NCBI GenBank assembly: GCA_964644695.1
Contig: CAZXWN010000004.1
Location: forward strand, 1-64,000
Direction: 5' to 3'
Source: an uncultured bacterium
Lineage (GTDB): Bacteria; UBP4; UBA4092
Length of the DNA stretch: 64,000 bases
Part shown: piece after piece, positions 49,912-59,910 of the stretch
Layout: every line of letters begins with the position of its first letter
How positions within the stretch are numbered: position 1 is the first letter of the stretch
Notes under the pieces: model-generated
What the model was told of the DNA's origin: nothing
The model's database searches: none
What the model saw: only the letters and a program-made list of their open reading frames with translations
Made by a program: the position numbers and the translations under genes

Positions 49912-52137
49912 ATGAATATAAGAATAATTCTAAAAATCATTCTTTTTGTTGGTGTTATAACAAGCACTACCATGTCTGTCGAAGTAAAATCCAACAACAT
50001 CCAACCGGACTATTGGAATATTTCAATCAACCAAAAAGGAATATGCCGAATAACATATACTGATTTAACTACGTTTAATATTAATCCGGAAATGTTTAAT
50101 TTATCCCAATTAGGCATTACCTATCAAGGAGAACCTGTTCCATATTATTCAAACAAATCAACAGGGTTATGGAAACAGAATGATTTTATAGAATTTTTTG
50201 GAAAAGAGCCCCAAATTAATGATTCAGAGAAAGATCCTTATACTAAAACAAATGTTTACCAACTGTATTGTGGCACAACAGCTAAAACCAAATATTTCCA
50301 AGAACTTTCAAATAATAACCTTTTAAAATCGCAATTCAAACCAGACATTAAACAATATATCAGTAAAGAAAGATTTTATTGGGATATATATTACAGATAT
50401 AACTCAAAAGATCACCAATATCCTCGTATTTGGTATAGTAGCCTATTCAAAGCACCAACCACTTTTAACCAGATTTTTACTTTACCCAATATAGACTTAA
50501 CAACAAATGCTTCATCCACAATGGTAAGTTTAAGGATGGTCTTGCAAGGCGAATCAAGACCTCCTGTCACACCAAATCACCACACTATCGTAAAAATAAA
50601 TAGTAACCCAATCGCTAATGTGTGGTGGAGCAATGTGACGGAGTATGTCATCACAACCACATTTTCATTATCACTACTCACATACAACTTAAATACACTT
50701 ACTATTGAATTACCGGGAGATATTAAAAGCAATCCTCCAATGGATCAAATTTTACTTGCCGGATTTGATTTAGTGTATCCTAGACGGTTGAATGCACATA
50801 ATGATGAGATATCGGCTCAACTACCCGTCACAAAAACCAGTAATATCGAATTGTGTGGATTTTCGAACCAAAACATTTCAATCTACAATCTGACAGATAA
50901 CACTCGCATTAATCCATACATTATTCAAAATCAAGAAAATAAAAACCTTTATAATGCCAGATTCTCAGTAACAGGGAAAGATACAACACATATATATGCA
51001 GTTACTGAAAAAGCACTAAAGCACCCTACAAAGATCACACCTGTTTTCAATGCCAGCATTAAGTTAATGAAACCCGCTGAATATGTCATATTAACGCACG
51101 ATAGCCTAGCTACAGAATTAGAAAATTTAGTAAAACACCGTAAAGAGCAGGGATATTCTGTAGCTGTCATAAAGATATCTGATATATATAATGAATTCAA
51201 TTATGGTCGTTTTAGTCCTGAGGCAATCAAAGCATTCACTAAATATGCTTATGCCAATTGGAAGTCACCAAAATTAAAATTTCTATTTATTGTTGGTGAT
51301 GCAAACTGGGACTATTTAGATGCCATGAGAAAAGGCGTAATAAATTATGTTCCCACATATACCTATACTTATTTTGCCAGTGATCATTATTATGCCGTCA
51401 TGGATACTACAAATAATAAACCAGCCTTTGCAATTGGCCGATTACCTGCAAAAACGTCAGATGACGTAAAAAATTATGTCAATAAACTCCTGGAGTATGA
51501 AACAGCTACAACAAATCTTGACTGGACCCAAAAAGCTGTATTAGTAGCTGGATATGAACCAATGTTTACAACTGATATGGATCAATATGCAAAACATATC
51601 AGCCCTACTTATAAGATAGTAAGTTGTTATGCACAGACATTGCCAGAGTTTTCTGTAGGCCTTAAAGATAATGAAACCAGAGATCTCATCCAAAAGTCAT
51701 TTTCTGAGGGAGCTGGACTTGTTGCTTTTGTTGGACATGGAACTTTTGGACAATGGTCAGACAGATCTTTACTAACAGTTGCAGACATAACCACCTTAAA
51801 ATCAATCAAAATTCCAGTAGTCCTTAGTATGACATGTTACACCGGACGATTTGAGCATGAAACAGATACCTATGGTATTGGAGAATTACTAGTCAAAAAG
51901 CCCAATAGCGGTTCCGTTGCATTCATAGGGTCAACAGGAAGATCCTCCGTTTCATCTAATTCAAGAATGCTTAGAACAATCACTGATTCATTAATAAATA
52001 AGAAAGTAAAAACTATTGGGGAAGCTTTATTATTATCAAAAATGGAAATGAGTCCTTGGGAGACAGACCAATTATATAGTTATGTCTTACTTGGAGATCC
52101 TGCATTACAGTTTAAATCACCTATGCAGACAAAATGA
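49912..52137 (+). CDS. Peptidase C25 family (gingipain/PorU-like) secreted protein
   Basis: Signal-like N-terminus; KGICRITYTDL, FIEFFG, IYNEFNYG, LFIVGDA, SDHYY, IGRLP, FVGHG (His609), MTCYTG (Cys642), LLGDPAL. Confidence 0.88.
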   Translation: MNIRIILKIILFVGVITSTTMSVEVKSNNIQPDYWNISINQKGICRITYTDLTTFNINPEMFNLSQLGITYQGEPVPYYSNKSTGLWKQNDFIEFFGKEPQINDSEKDPYTKTNVYQLYCGTTAKTKYFQELSNNNLLKSQFKPDIKQYISKERFYWDIYYRYNSKDHQYPRIWYSSLFKAPTTFNQIFTLPNIDLTTNASSTMVSLRMVLQGESRPPVTPNHHTIVKINSNPIANVWWSNVTEYVITTTFSLSLLTYNLNTLTIELPGDIKSNPPMDQILLAGFDLVYPRRLNAHNDEISAQLPVTKTSNIELCGFSNQNISIYNLTDNTRINPYIIQNQENKNLYNARFSVTGKDTTHIYAVTEKALKHPTKITPVFNASIKLMKPAEYVILTHDSLATELENLVKHRKEQGYSVAVIKISDIYNEFNYGRFSPEAIKAFTKYAYANWKSPKLKFLFIVGDANWDYLDAMRKGVINYVPTYTYTYFASDHYYAVMDTTNNKPAFAIGRLPAKTSDDVKNYVNKLLEYETATTNLDWTQKAVLVAGYEPMFTTDMDQYAKHISPTYKIVSCYAQTLPEFSVGLKDNETRDLIQKSFSEGAGLVAFVGHGTFGQWSDRSLLTVADITTLKSIKIPVVLSMTCYTGRFEHETDTYGIGELLVKKPNSGSVAFIGSTGRSSVSSNSRMLRTITDSLINKKVKTIGEALLLSKMEMSPWETDQLYSYVLLGDPALQFKSPMQTK

Positions 52138-52202
52138 GATAGTTAAACAATAATATCTGTGGTAATTTAAATGCAGGTAAAATTCAATCAGAAAGATTTC
52201 GT

Positions 52203-53990
52203 ATGAATCAAAATCAAGACGTTTTAAAACAAATCATCACTTTAATCCAAAAAAAATTCATATTTATCATTATGTGTGCTGTTGTTTGTGGAGCCGTTGC
52301 AGCAGGACTAAGTTTTCTCCTGCCAGAAACTTGGGAATCGCAAGCAACGCTTATTATCATTCCACCCAAAATTGAAGCCGCAGTAGAGCCAAATGCCTTA
52401 TCTCCCATTACTTATCAGAACCTTCTTGAGTCTAAAGAAATGGCACAAGAGATCCTTCAGAAACTCAAAATAAAAGATGTCCAAATTGAACAATTACAAA
52501 GAAATTTAAAAACATCGACAGTAGTTGAAGAACGAGGCCTTAACCAACGCAGTTATAGTCCAATAGTAAAATTATCTGCACGAGCAAAGACACCTCAATT
52601 AGCCGCTAAAATTGCCAATACTTGGGCTGATTTGTTTGTAAAAAGAAACACGTTACTTACGTCTGAAGGATCGGAAATGTCATATGAGTTTCTGACCACC
52701 CAATACGATGTAACAAACACTCAGCTGTTAAAAGCTGAAGAAGACTTAAAGAAGTTTAGAAATGATACACAATTGGAGTTAATAAAGACTGAAATTGGCA
52801 CATATATATCGAAACTTGAAAATTTCAGAGGAAATATTAAAGACTTGCAATATGATTTAGATACAAAACGAAGGCGATTGGAAAGATTGCAGGCAGCAAT
52901 TCAAGCCGAAGAAATGGATGGCAAATGGATTGGACTTATCACTCCAGATCGAACCTATAGCGATTTTCTTAAACAAAAAGCCATGTACAATTCACAACAG
53001 GCGGACCCTACTGCTCTTTATTTTAGAGTTCAAACCTTGGAAGCCAAAAGCAATTTAATATATGCCCAGGAAAAATTAAGAATTTTCTTAGAAACAAACA
53101 AACTAGTTCAATTAACAGATGAGCTGGAAACTTCCCGCAAGGATTTCATCAACACCAAAGTTGAGTATGCTAAAAATAATATAACAGTAATGTCTTTGGA
53201 GACTACCTTACTTATTATTAAGTCTAGTCTCGAAAAAACCCCTAAAACTATCAGTTTAAGCAAAGGCTTAAGCAGTGAAGCCCTCTGGAATTTAGCTATT
53301 AGCGGAAAAACAACGAACCAACAACAGCTAAATGATTTAGCTATAAAAACAGAAGAACAAAATCCAGAATATTTAGCTTTGCAACAAAAATATATTGACC
53401 TTCAAGCCCAATACGATACACTGAAGCCTCGGCAAGACACTCTCAAAAGCAAAATGAGCGAATTAGATAACACGGTCAGAAGTTTAGATACTTTAGTTGA
53501 ATCATTGAATATTCAAAAAAATCGTTTAGAATCTCAATCCAACTTGGCATTAACTGCTTACAACCAGGTTTCACAACGATATGCTCAAGCAAAAGCTGAG
53601 GTAAACAGCTTGGAAGTCGAGGTTGACCAGCTTAAATCCCGTCTAAATGAAACCGTAAATGCGGCCAACACTTTAAGTGGTACAGTACAGTCCTTACAAT
53701 CCAATATATATAATGGGGAAATGAGTTCAGATCAAAAAAATCGGCTTGTGCAAACAATCAGATCAACTTTTGATATGCTGTCAAAAGAAGTGGAAAAAGC
53801 TAAGCTGGCAAAATCAAGCCAGATATCCGAGATTCGTATTGCAGCAAAAGCAGTGCCTCCACAACAACGGGTGTCCCCGAAAAGAAGCCTCATTACCCTT
53901 ACCGCAATAATTGCAGGATTAATAATCGGATTAATGTTCGCTTTGTTTCAAGAATTTTTGTTTCCGAAAGAAAAAACTGAGGGTATATAA
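52203..53990 (+). CDS. Wzz/GumC-like polysaccharide co-polymerase with very long coiled coil
   Basis: TM1 then LPETWESQATL, PQLAAKIANTWA, long heptad region, AVPP..VSPKR before TM2; no kinase domain. Confidence 0.85.
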   Translation: MNQNQDVLKQIITLIQKKFIFIIMCAVVCGAVAAGLSFLLPETWESQATLIIIPPKIEAAVEPNALSPITYQNLLESKEMAQEILQKLKIKDVQIEQLQRNLKTSTVVEERGLNQRSYSPIVKLSARAKTPQLAAKIANTWADLFVKRNTLLTSEGSEMSYEFLTTQYDVTNTQLLKAEEDLKKFRNDTQLELIKTEIGTYISKLENFRGNIKDLQYDLDTKRRRLERLQAAIQAEEMDGKWIGLITPDRTYSDFLKQKAMYNSQQADPTALYFRVQTLEAKSNLIYAQEKLRIFLETNKLVQLTDELETSRKDFINTKVEYAKNNITVMSLETTLLIIKSSLEKTPKTISLSKGLSSEALWNLAISGKTTNQQQLNDLAIKTEEQNPEYLALQQKYIDLQAQYDTLKPRQDTLKSKMSELDNTVRSLDTLVESLNIQKNRLESQSNLALTAYNQVSQRYAQAKAEVNSLEVEVDQLKSRLNETVNAANTLSGTVQSLQSNIYNGEMSSDQKNRLVQTIRSTFDMLSKEVEKAKLAKSSQISEIRIAAKAVPPQQRVSPKRSLITLTAIIAGLIIGLMFALFQEFLFPKEKTEGI

Positions 53991-54002
53991 TTTTTAGAAT
54001 TT

Positions 54003-54037
54003 AGAAGCCTTTGCCTCAAAGCAAAGGCTTCTTTTTT
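54003..54037 (+). terminator. Intrinsic terminator after the Wzz-like gene
   Basis: AGAAGCCTTTGC-ctcaaa-GCAAAGGCTTCT then TTTTT. Confidence 0.85.
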
Positions 54038-54105
54038 ATTTCACTTTTCCTGAAAATCTGACTAACCTGCGATATAATCTGAAGTCCATAACATCACTAT
54101 TAAGA

Positions 54106-55497
54106 ATGGTTAACGACTTGAGAAATCTTTTAAAACAACTTATATTTTTAGGACTTGATGGAATAGGGATATCCATCAGTATAATTTTAGCTCTACTCCT
54201 AAAATTTGGAAACACAGTCCCCCAGGATAATCTACGACTATTTCTTGATTATTACCACTACATTGTATTCTTCTTATTGTTATTTTTTATCCCTGCAGGG
54301 ATGTATCGTTTCCGAGACCGTCAATCATATTTAGACACCCTATACAAAGTAATCTGGACAAATTCTCTCGCTATTCTCGCCATAACACTTGGCTTTCTAA
54401 TGTTACGAACTTATTATCGCCCTGACTTAAATACTTCAAGAGAAGTTTTATTCATTCTCTGGGTTTTATTAATTGTATATACGGCAACGTGGCGATTTGC
54501 ATATCATAAATACCAGGAAAAAAGAGGGTGGACCATCAACACAGCGTTGGTGATAGGAACGCCTAACGAAAATCTTTATTTAGCAAAGGCCTTGGGAAAT
54601 GCAACACGGACAGGATATGAAGTCCTTGGATTTATACTTCCGGCTTACGCCACATCATCTGCCAATTCCTCTGAACAAAATATAGTAGGAAATATAAGTG
54701 AACTATCCACTATCGTTACAGATAAAAATGTCCAGGACATTATCATTGCAGGAAATTTGTCTCCAATAGCATTACTTGAAACTATCGACCAATGTAGTAA
54801 CTGTGGATGTAGAGTATGGATATATCCCAGTTTGTATGAAGTAATGATTGGCCGATTACAAATTCAGGAAATTGGAGGAATTCCCCTCATTGAAGTAAAT
54901 CCATCACCTTTGACAGGATGGTATGGATATATTAAGCGGGGGATGGATTTATTAGCAGCAGGTATTGGTTTAGTGCTGGCAATTCCTCTCGCCATCATCG
55001 TTATTACAGCAATTAAAATGGATTCACCAGGCCCCATATTTTATTCCCAGAAACGGCTGGGGAAAAATGGAAAACCCATCTTCGTCCATAAGTTTAGAAC
55101 GATGAGACAGGATGCCGAAAAAGCTACAGGAGCCGTACTGGCACAAGCAAATGATCCCCGAATCACCCGAATTGGAAAATTCCTTCGAAAAACCCGGTTA
55201 GATGAAATTCCCCAGCTCTGGTGTGTCTTCAATGGTGACATGAGTTTAATCGGCCCTCGTCCAGAAAGACCCGAATTAATGGAAAAATATAAAGTCACAT
55301 CTCCCCACTTTCATCGCCGGTTAGCTGTTCGTCCAGGTTTAACTGGATTGGCTCAAATTCAGGGTGCTTATGACCTGGATATTGAAAGTAAGCTCCGATA
55401 TGACTTAACCTATATCTATAATGTAAATATGCTGTTAGATATTAAGATACTTTTGGCAACAGTAAAAGTAGTCTTTACTGGAAAAGGAGCCATGTAA
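54106..55497 (+). CDS. Initiating polyprenyl-phosphate sugar phosphotransferase (WcaJ/WbaP-like)
   Basis: KRGMD, DSPGPIFYSQ.R.G, KFRTM, RLDEIPQL, GDMSLIGPRPERP, RPGLTGLAQ. Confidence 0.93.
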   Translation: MVNDLRNLLKQLIFLGLDGIGISISIILALLLKFGNTVPQDNLRLFLDYYHYIVFFLLLFFIPAGMYRFRDRQSYLDTLYKVIWTNSLAILAITLGFLMLRTYYRPDLNTSREVLFILWVLLIVYTATWRFAYHKYQEKRGWTINTALVIGTPNENLYLAKALGNATRTGYEVLGFILPAYATSSANSSEQNIVGNISELSTIVTDKNVQDIIIAGNLSPIALLETIDQCSNCGCRVWIYPSLYEVMIGRLQIQEIGGIPLIEVNPSPLTGWYGYIKRGMDLLAAGIGLVLAIPLAIIVITAIKMDSPGPIFYSQKRLGKNGKPIFVHKFRTMRQDAEKATGAVLAQANDPRITRIGKFLRKTRLDEIPQLWCVFNGDMSLIGPRPERPELMEKYKVTSPHFHRRLAVRPGLTGLAQIQGAYDLDIESKLRYDLTYIYNVNMLLDIKILLATVKVVFTGKGAM

Positions 55498-55509
55498 TTA
55501 GTCCACCTT

Positions 55510-57432
55510 ATGCCTACACTATCCGAGCCATATATGCATCGCCAACGCTGGATATCAGTGATTTTTGATATTATTTTGGTAGCATTTTCACTGTTACTGG
55601 CATACACCATTCGATATGACTTCTCATTAACACAACATATAGTTGATCAATATCTCCGCGTATTACCCATCGCTATTATCAGTCAACTCTTATTATTCTG
55701 GGCCTTTGGTGTTTATCGCAGTATCTGGAGATATTCTGGACCCAGTGATTTGCTTTTAATCCTTCAAGGCGCTTTACTCAATCTGCTGGTCGGCGTCCTG
55801 TTTCAGGTGGGTATCAGAACCTACACGGTATCCCCAAGATTTCAAGATTTACTCCATTCAATGGTTCAACCTGTTTTTCACTTTTTCTTTATTGGATTTG
55901 AACCTTCACAGCTATTGTTCAGTTATTCCATCCTGATTATTCATGGGTTACTCACAATCATGTTTATTGGTGGGATACGGTTACTGGCTCGGCTTTGGGT
56001 AGAAATGAAGCGCAAGGAACAAGTTCCCACCCTGAAACGCCTGTTGATCATCGGCAGCGGTAATGAGAGTGAAACCGTGCTGCGGGAATTACGCAGGAAT
56101 CCAGCCCTTCCCTATCATCCCGTCGGGATGGTCACAGAAACGGGAAACCGGCTGGGATTACGAATTCATGGAGTACGGATTCTGGGAGGTATCAGTGATA
56201 TTCCCCGGCTGATTGAACAACTTAAAGTCGATGAAATCCTGATGGCACTTCCATCGCATTCGGGCAAAATAGTCAGAGAAGTCGTTGACCTTTGTGACAC
56301 GGCCAAGATCAAAATCCGGACAATTCCATCCATGGAAGATATGATGGAAGGAAAAATCCGGTTCAATCAGTTCCCTGAAATCAGACCTGAAGACTTTCTG
56401 GGCCGTGATCAGGTAAATATTCATACCAAAGAAATCGCTGAATACATTACCGGGCAGAAGGTCCTTGTGACAGGCGCCGGAGGTTCTATTGGGTCCGAAC
56501 TATGTCGTCAAATCTCTCAACTTAATCCCAGCCAGCTTATACTTCTGGGTCGAGGTGAAAATAGTATCTGGGAAATTGAGACAGAACTACGCCATTATTA
56601 TCCTACTTTGAATATTTACCCTGTGATTTGCGATATCCGAGATAAAGAGCGGATTGAATCTGTCTTTGCCCATTTCCAGCCACAAGTTGTGTTTCATGCT
56701 GCAGCTCACAAACATGTTCCCATGATGGAATTAAATCCAGGAGAGGCCATTAAAAATAATGTCCTGGGTACACAAAATGTTGCAGAAGCCGCGGTCAGAC
56801 ACAGTGCAAAACGATTTATCATGATATCCACAGACAAGGCCATCAATCCAGCCAATGTCATGGGTGCATCAAAACGAATCGCTGAAAAAGTCATCCAATC
56901 CATTGCCCGGACTTCTACGGAAACCCGATTTGCTATTGTTCGTTTTGGAAATGTGTTAGCCAGCCGCGGAAGTGTCATTATCCTGTTCCAGAAACAGATT
57001 CTCTGGGGTGGCCCAGTGACAGTGACCCACCCAGAAGCGACCCGGTATTTCATGAGTATCCCGGAGGCAGTGAAACTGGTCATTCAGGCCGGCGCTATTG
57101 GCTCACAGGCAGACATATTTGCCCTTAATATGGGTGAACCTATCCGAATGGTCGATGTTGCCCGGAATTTGATAAATTTGGCGGGTTTAGAGCTTAACCG
57201 GGATATTGAGATCCAATATACAGGACTCAGGGCCGGTGAAAAACTCATTGAAGAGTCTGTTACCATGGGTGAAGGTATCCAAATCACTGAATATCATGAC
57301 CTGTTCCGATTACCTACTCAGAAACCACCCTCCCCTGATTTCATCCAGCAAATTGACCAGTTGGCGATGAATATCCAAGAATGTATGGATCCAGCTAAAG
57401 TATTAGATGAATTAAATCGATTAGCTGATTAA
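55510..57432 (+). CDS. Membrane-bound UDP-GlcNAc 4,6-dehydratase (PglF/CapD/WbpM-like)
   Basis: N-terminal TMs, EDFLGR, TGAGGSIGSELCRQ, AAHKHVP, STDKA, MGASK, RFGNVL.SRGSV. Confidence 0.93.
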   Translation: MPTLSEPYMHRQRWISVIFDIILVAFSLLLAYTIRYDFSLTQHIVDQYLRVLPIAIISQLLLFWAFGVYRSIWRYSGPSDLLLILQGALLNLLVGVLFQVGIRTYTVSPRFQDLLHSMVQPVFHFFFIGFEPSQLLFSYSILIIHGLLTIMFIGGIRLLARLWVEMKRKEQVPTLKRLLIIGSGNESETVLRELRRNPALPYHPVGMVTETGNRLGLRIHGVRILGGISDIPRLIEQLKVDEILMALPSHSGKIVREVVDLCDTAKIKIRTIPSMEDMMEGKIRFNQFPEIRPEDFLGRDQVNIHTKEIAEYITGQKVLVTGAGGSIGSELCRQISQLNPSQLILLGRGENSIWEIETELRHYYPTLNIYPVICDIRDKERIESVFAHFQPQVVFHAAAHKHVPMMELNPGEAIKNNVLGTQNVAEAAVRHSAKRFIMISTDKAINPANVMGASKRIAEKVIQSIARTSTETRFAIVRFGNVLASRGSVIILFQKQILWGGPVTVTHPEATRYFMSIPEAVKLVIQAGAIGSQADIFALNMGEPIRMVDVARNLINLAGLELNRDIEIQYTGLRAGEKLIEESVTMGEGIQITEYHDLFRLPTQKPPSPDFIQQIDQLAMNIQECMDPAKVLDELNRLAD

Positions 57433-57467
57433 AAATAAGAGTGTAAATTCGGGGGAAGAGAAGAAAT

Positions 57468-57543
57468 TGGAGGCGGCTTTCGGAGTCGAACCGAAGTATA
57501 GAGGTTTTGCAGACCTCCGCCTTAACCACTTGGCTAAGCCGCC
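57468..57543 (-). tRNA. tRNA-Cys(GCA)
   Basis: Reverse complement GGCGGCTTAGCCAAGTGGTTAAGGCGGAGGTCTGCAAAACCTCTATACTTCGGTTCGACTCCGAAAGCCGCCTCCA; U73 discriminator, encoded CCA. Confidence 0.97.
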
Positions 57544-57567
57544 CTGTTGAAAATAACTCGAATATTT

Positions 57568-57597
57568 ATCATAGGAGATACCTGCTTCTGGTGTCAA
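57568..57597 (-). promoter_or_regulatory. Sigma70-type promoter of tRNA-Cys
   Basis: Minus strand TTGACA (57597-57592)-18 nt-TATGAT (57573-57568). Confidence 0.65.
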
Positions 57598-57625
57598 GAG
57601 TTTACCAGAAATAACGCAATATCCC

Positions 57626-58420
57626 CTATTTTAAGGCCTGATGCAACTCCCTGACAGAGTCAAAAACATAATCAGGTTTCAAATCGGATTCAGACAACAT
57701 CTGGGAACTGGTTTCTCCGGATAAAACACAAATAGAAACAGCTCCCGCATTAATTCCCGTTGCCACATCTGTATATAACCTGTCCCCCACCATCGCAACC
57801 CGATCCTGGGGCACTCCATATTTTTGAGACAGGATATCGATCATGTGCCGCGCCGGTTTTCCGATATACACAGGCTCTTTCCCTGTGGCTGTCGTCAACA
57901 TTCGGCAAATACTCCCACAGTCAGGAATATACCGTTTATTTTTCATGGGACAGACTAAATCAACATTGGTGGCCAGGAACTCAGAACCCTCCACTAAAAA
58001 TCGGCAGGCTGTCGTCAGTCGTTTATAAGTAAGTTCTTTATCAAAACCAATAACCACAATATCTGCTCGCTCTGCGTCCTCATCTACCAAAGAAATACCA
58101 TAAGACAACAATTCTTCCCGGAGAGCTTTTGTTCCAGACAAATAGACTGTCTTATCCCGCCGGTTTTGCGTCAGGAACAAACCCATCGCCATCCCGGAAG
58201 TAAAGACATTCTCCTCACCACAGGGAATACCCAGACGATTCATCTTTTTAACATAATTACCCGCATTATCAGAGGAGTTATTGGTCACAAAAATAAACCT
58301 TTTATTCTGGTCCCTCAAACACTGAATAAACTCGGCGGCGCCTTCTATTAACTGGTCCTCAAAACTGACTGTTCCATCCATATCCAGCAAAAACAACTCG
58401 ATATCTTTTAAATCTGCCAT
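57626..58420 (-). CDS. HAD-IIA hydrolase (NagD-like)
   Basis: LLDMDGT, VTNNS, ATNVD, IGKP, MVGDRLYTD, VLSGET. Start ATG 58420 with GAGG SD. Confidence 0.92.
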   Translation of the reverse strand: MADLKDIELFLLDMDGTVSFEDQLIEGAAEFIQCLRDQNKRFIFVTNNSSDNAGNYVKKMNRLGIPCGEENVFTSGMAMGLFLTQNRRDKTVYLSGTKALREELLSYGISLVDEDAERADIVVIGFDKELTYKRLTTACRFLVEGSEFLATNVDLVCPMKNKRYIPDCGSICRMLTTATGKEPVYIGKPARHMIDILSQKYGVPQDRVAMVGDRLYTDVATGINAGAVSICVLSGETSSQMLSESDLKPDYVFDSVRELHQALK

Positions 58421-58702
58421 CAGGGTTTCCTCATTAACAAAAAATCTGGACTTATCATCCAGATTGTCATTGTTCACTAATGGGTATGATTATATCTTAT
58501 ATATCAGCAATTTTATCAGACAATATCCATTCCATATTTTATGTCATTATCTCGCGCATCCATATCAGGAAATAGTAATATCATAAAAATCTTCGAATCA
58601 GTTTACATCACAGCTCAATCCAATTTCAGTCGGCTAATCAGGTAATCACTTTCAGTTGCCATAACAGCAATATCCAACAAAACACCGGTCTACTTATCTT
58701 GG

Positions 58703-59839
58703 CTATTCATCACTCCAGACATCCAGAATCGCTTTAATACGTTTATCGGAAAGTTTCCTGACTAACTTTTTTGTTTTTATGTCATAACACAGAACGACCT
58801 TTGACTTGTTTATAAAGAGACTCGTATCCCATACATATAAATAGTTACCTGACTTGGAAAAATATGAATAGATACTCTGTAACGAATCTTTAGATATATA
58901 TAAAACAGAGTCTTGTTTTTTGTTCAAATCGAGAAGATGAATCTCGGTCTGGTAGTTTTTATCGAGATAATATACCAAGAAGGACTCATCTGGACTAAGT
59001 AATGTGCTCTTATGGCTAGATAGTAATCCGTTCTCGGGGAATTCCATAAGTAAATCTAAATCGCTCCCAGTATAATCAGGATTTAGATTCGCGGAATAAA
59101 TTCCAATCGCAGTGTATTTAGATAACGCGCCAAAGTCATAACGAAGGAAAAGCATTCTGCCTGAAGGAGTGATCAATTGGTCCTCTATAATAATGTCAAA
59201 AACAGAAATAATGTCAAAAACAGAAAGACTCTTTATGAAGGTGCTACATGGGTACAAATCATGGTTAACAGGTTTCCCAGATTTAAAATCCGTAATACCC
59301 ATCATTCCATCGCTAACCATATGTAAGACTCTTTTTTGCGGAACATCCCAAAAGGATCTTCTTTTTATGACTAAAGATGGGGGCACTAACCAATAAGATG
59401 AATCCTTGGATAAATCATAAATATAGGGATAAAAACCATATTTTTTGATAATTTTGTTCACAAGGATATGGTCGTTATCAATCCACTTCATAGAACGAAT
59501 TATTGGCTCAGAGGATAAACCACCAAAAGTTACATTTATAGGACAATTTATGTACCGGGACGTTGTCCCATCGGCGGTGAATGATGCGACAACCAATCCC
59601 TGGTTCTTAAACATAGCCACATTCTTTCCATCAGGTGAGAGTTGTGGCGATAAGATACTTTCACCCGCAATATAGTCTTCTGAAGGATAAATAATCTTCC
59701 CAGCCTTCTGCTCATCAAATTCAAGAAGTCCGAGTTTATTTTCATCAGTATAGATTAGCAACTTAGTTTTATTTACTGGAAAACATAATTGACATAGACA
59801 GAATAACAATAAAAAGAATATTTCAAATTTAATAGACAT
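58703..59839 (-). CDS. Secreted TolB/WD40-like beta-propeller protein, paralogue A
   Basis: Signal-like N-terminus, SPDGKNVA, SPDES, FSKSG, ends DVWSDE. Start ATG 59839 (GGAGG upstream). Confidence 0.65.
   Translation of the reverse strand: MSIKFEIFFLLLFCLCQLCFPVNKTKLLIYTDENKLGLLEFDEQKAGKIIYPSEDYIAGESILSPQLSPDGKNVAMFKNQGLVVASFTADGTTSRYINCPINVTFGGLSSEPIIRSMKWIDNDHILVNKIIKKYGFYPYIYDLSKDSSYWLVPPSLVIKRRSFWDVPQKRVLHMVSDGMMGITDFKSGKPVNHDLYPCSTFIKSLSVFDIISVFDIIIEDQLITPSGRMLFLRYDFGALSKYTAIGIYSANLNPDYTGSDLDLLMEFPENGLLSSHKSTLLSPDESFLVYYLDKNYQTEIHLLDLNKKQDSVLYISKDSLQSIYSYFSKSGNYLYVWDTSLFINKSKVVLCYDIKTKKLVRKLSDKRIKAILDVWSDE
59190..59225. repeat. Perfect 18-bp tandem duplication, in frame
   Basis: ATAATGTCAAAAACAGAA x2; protein reads SVFDIISVFDII. 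Confidence 0.9.
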
Positions 59840-59910
59840 AATCAATAAAACCTCCACGCGGTTTATTATAAAAACCTATTGAGTAGCTTTCACTTGCCTA
59901 CTTATCTCGA

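Noticed and set aside
57468-57543. tRNA-Cys as integration site of the glycan locus
   Set aside because: No duplicated tRNA 3' end and no integrase found by eye.
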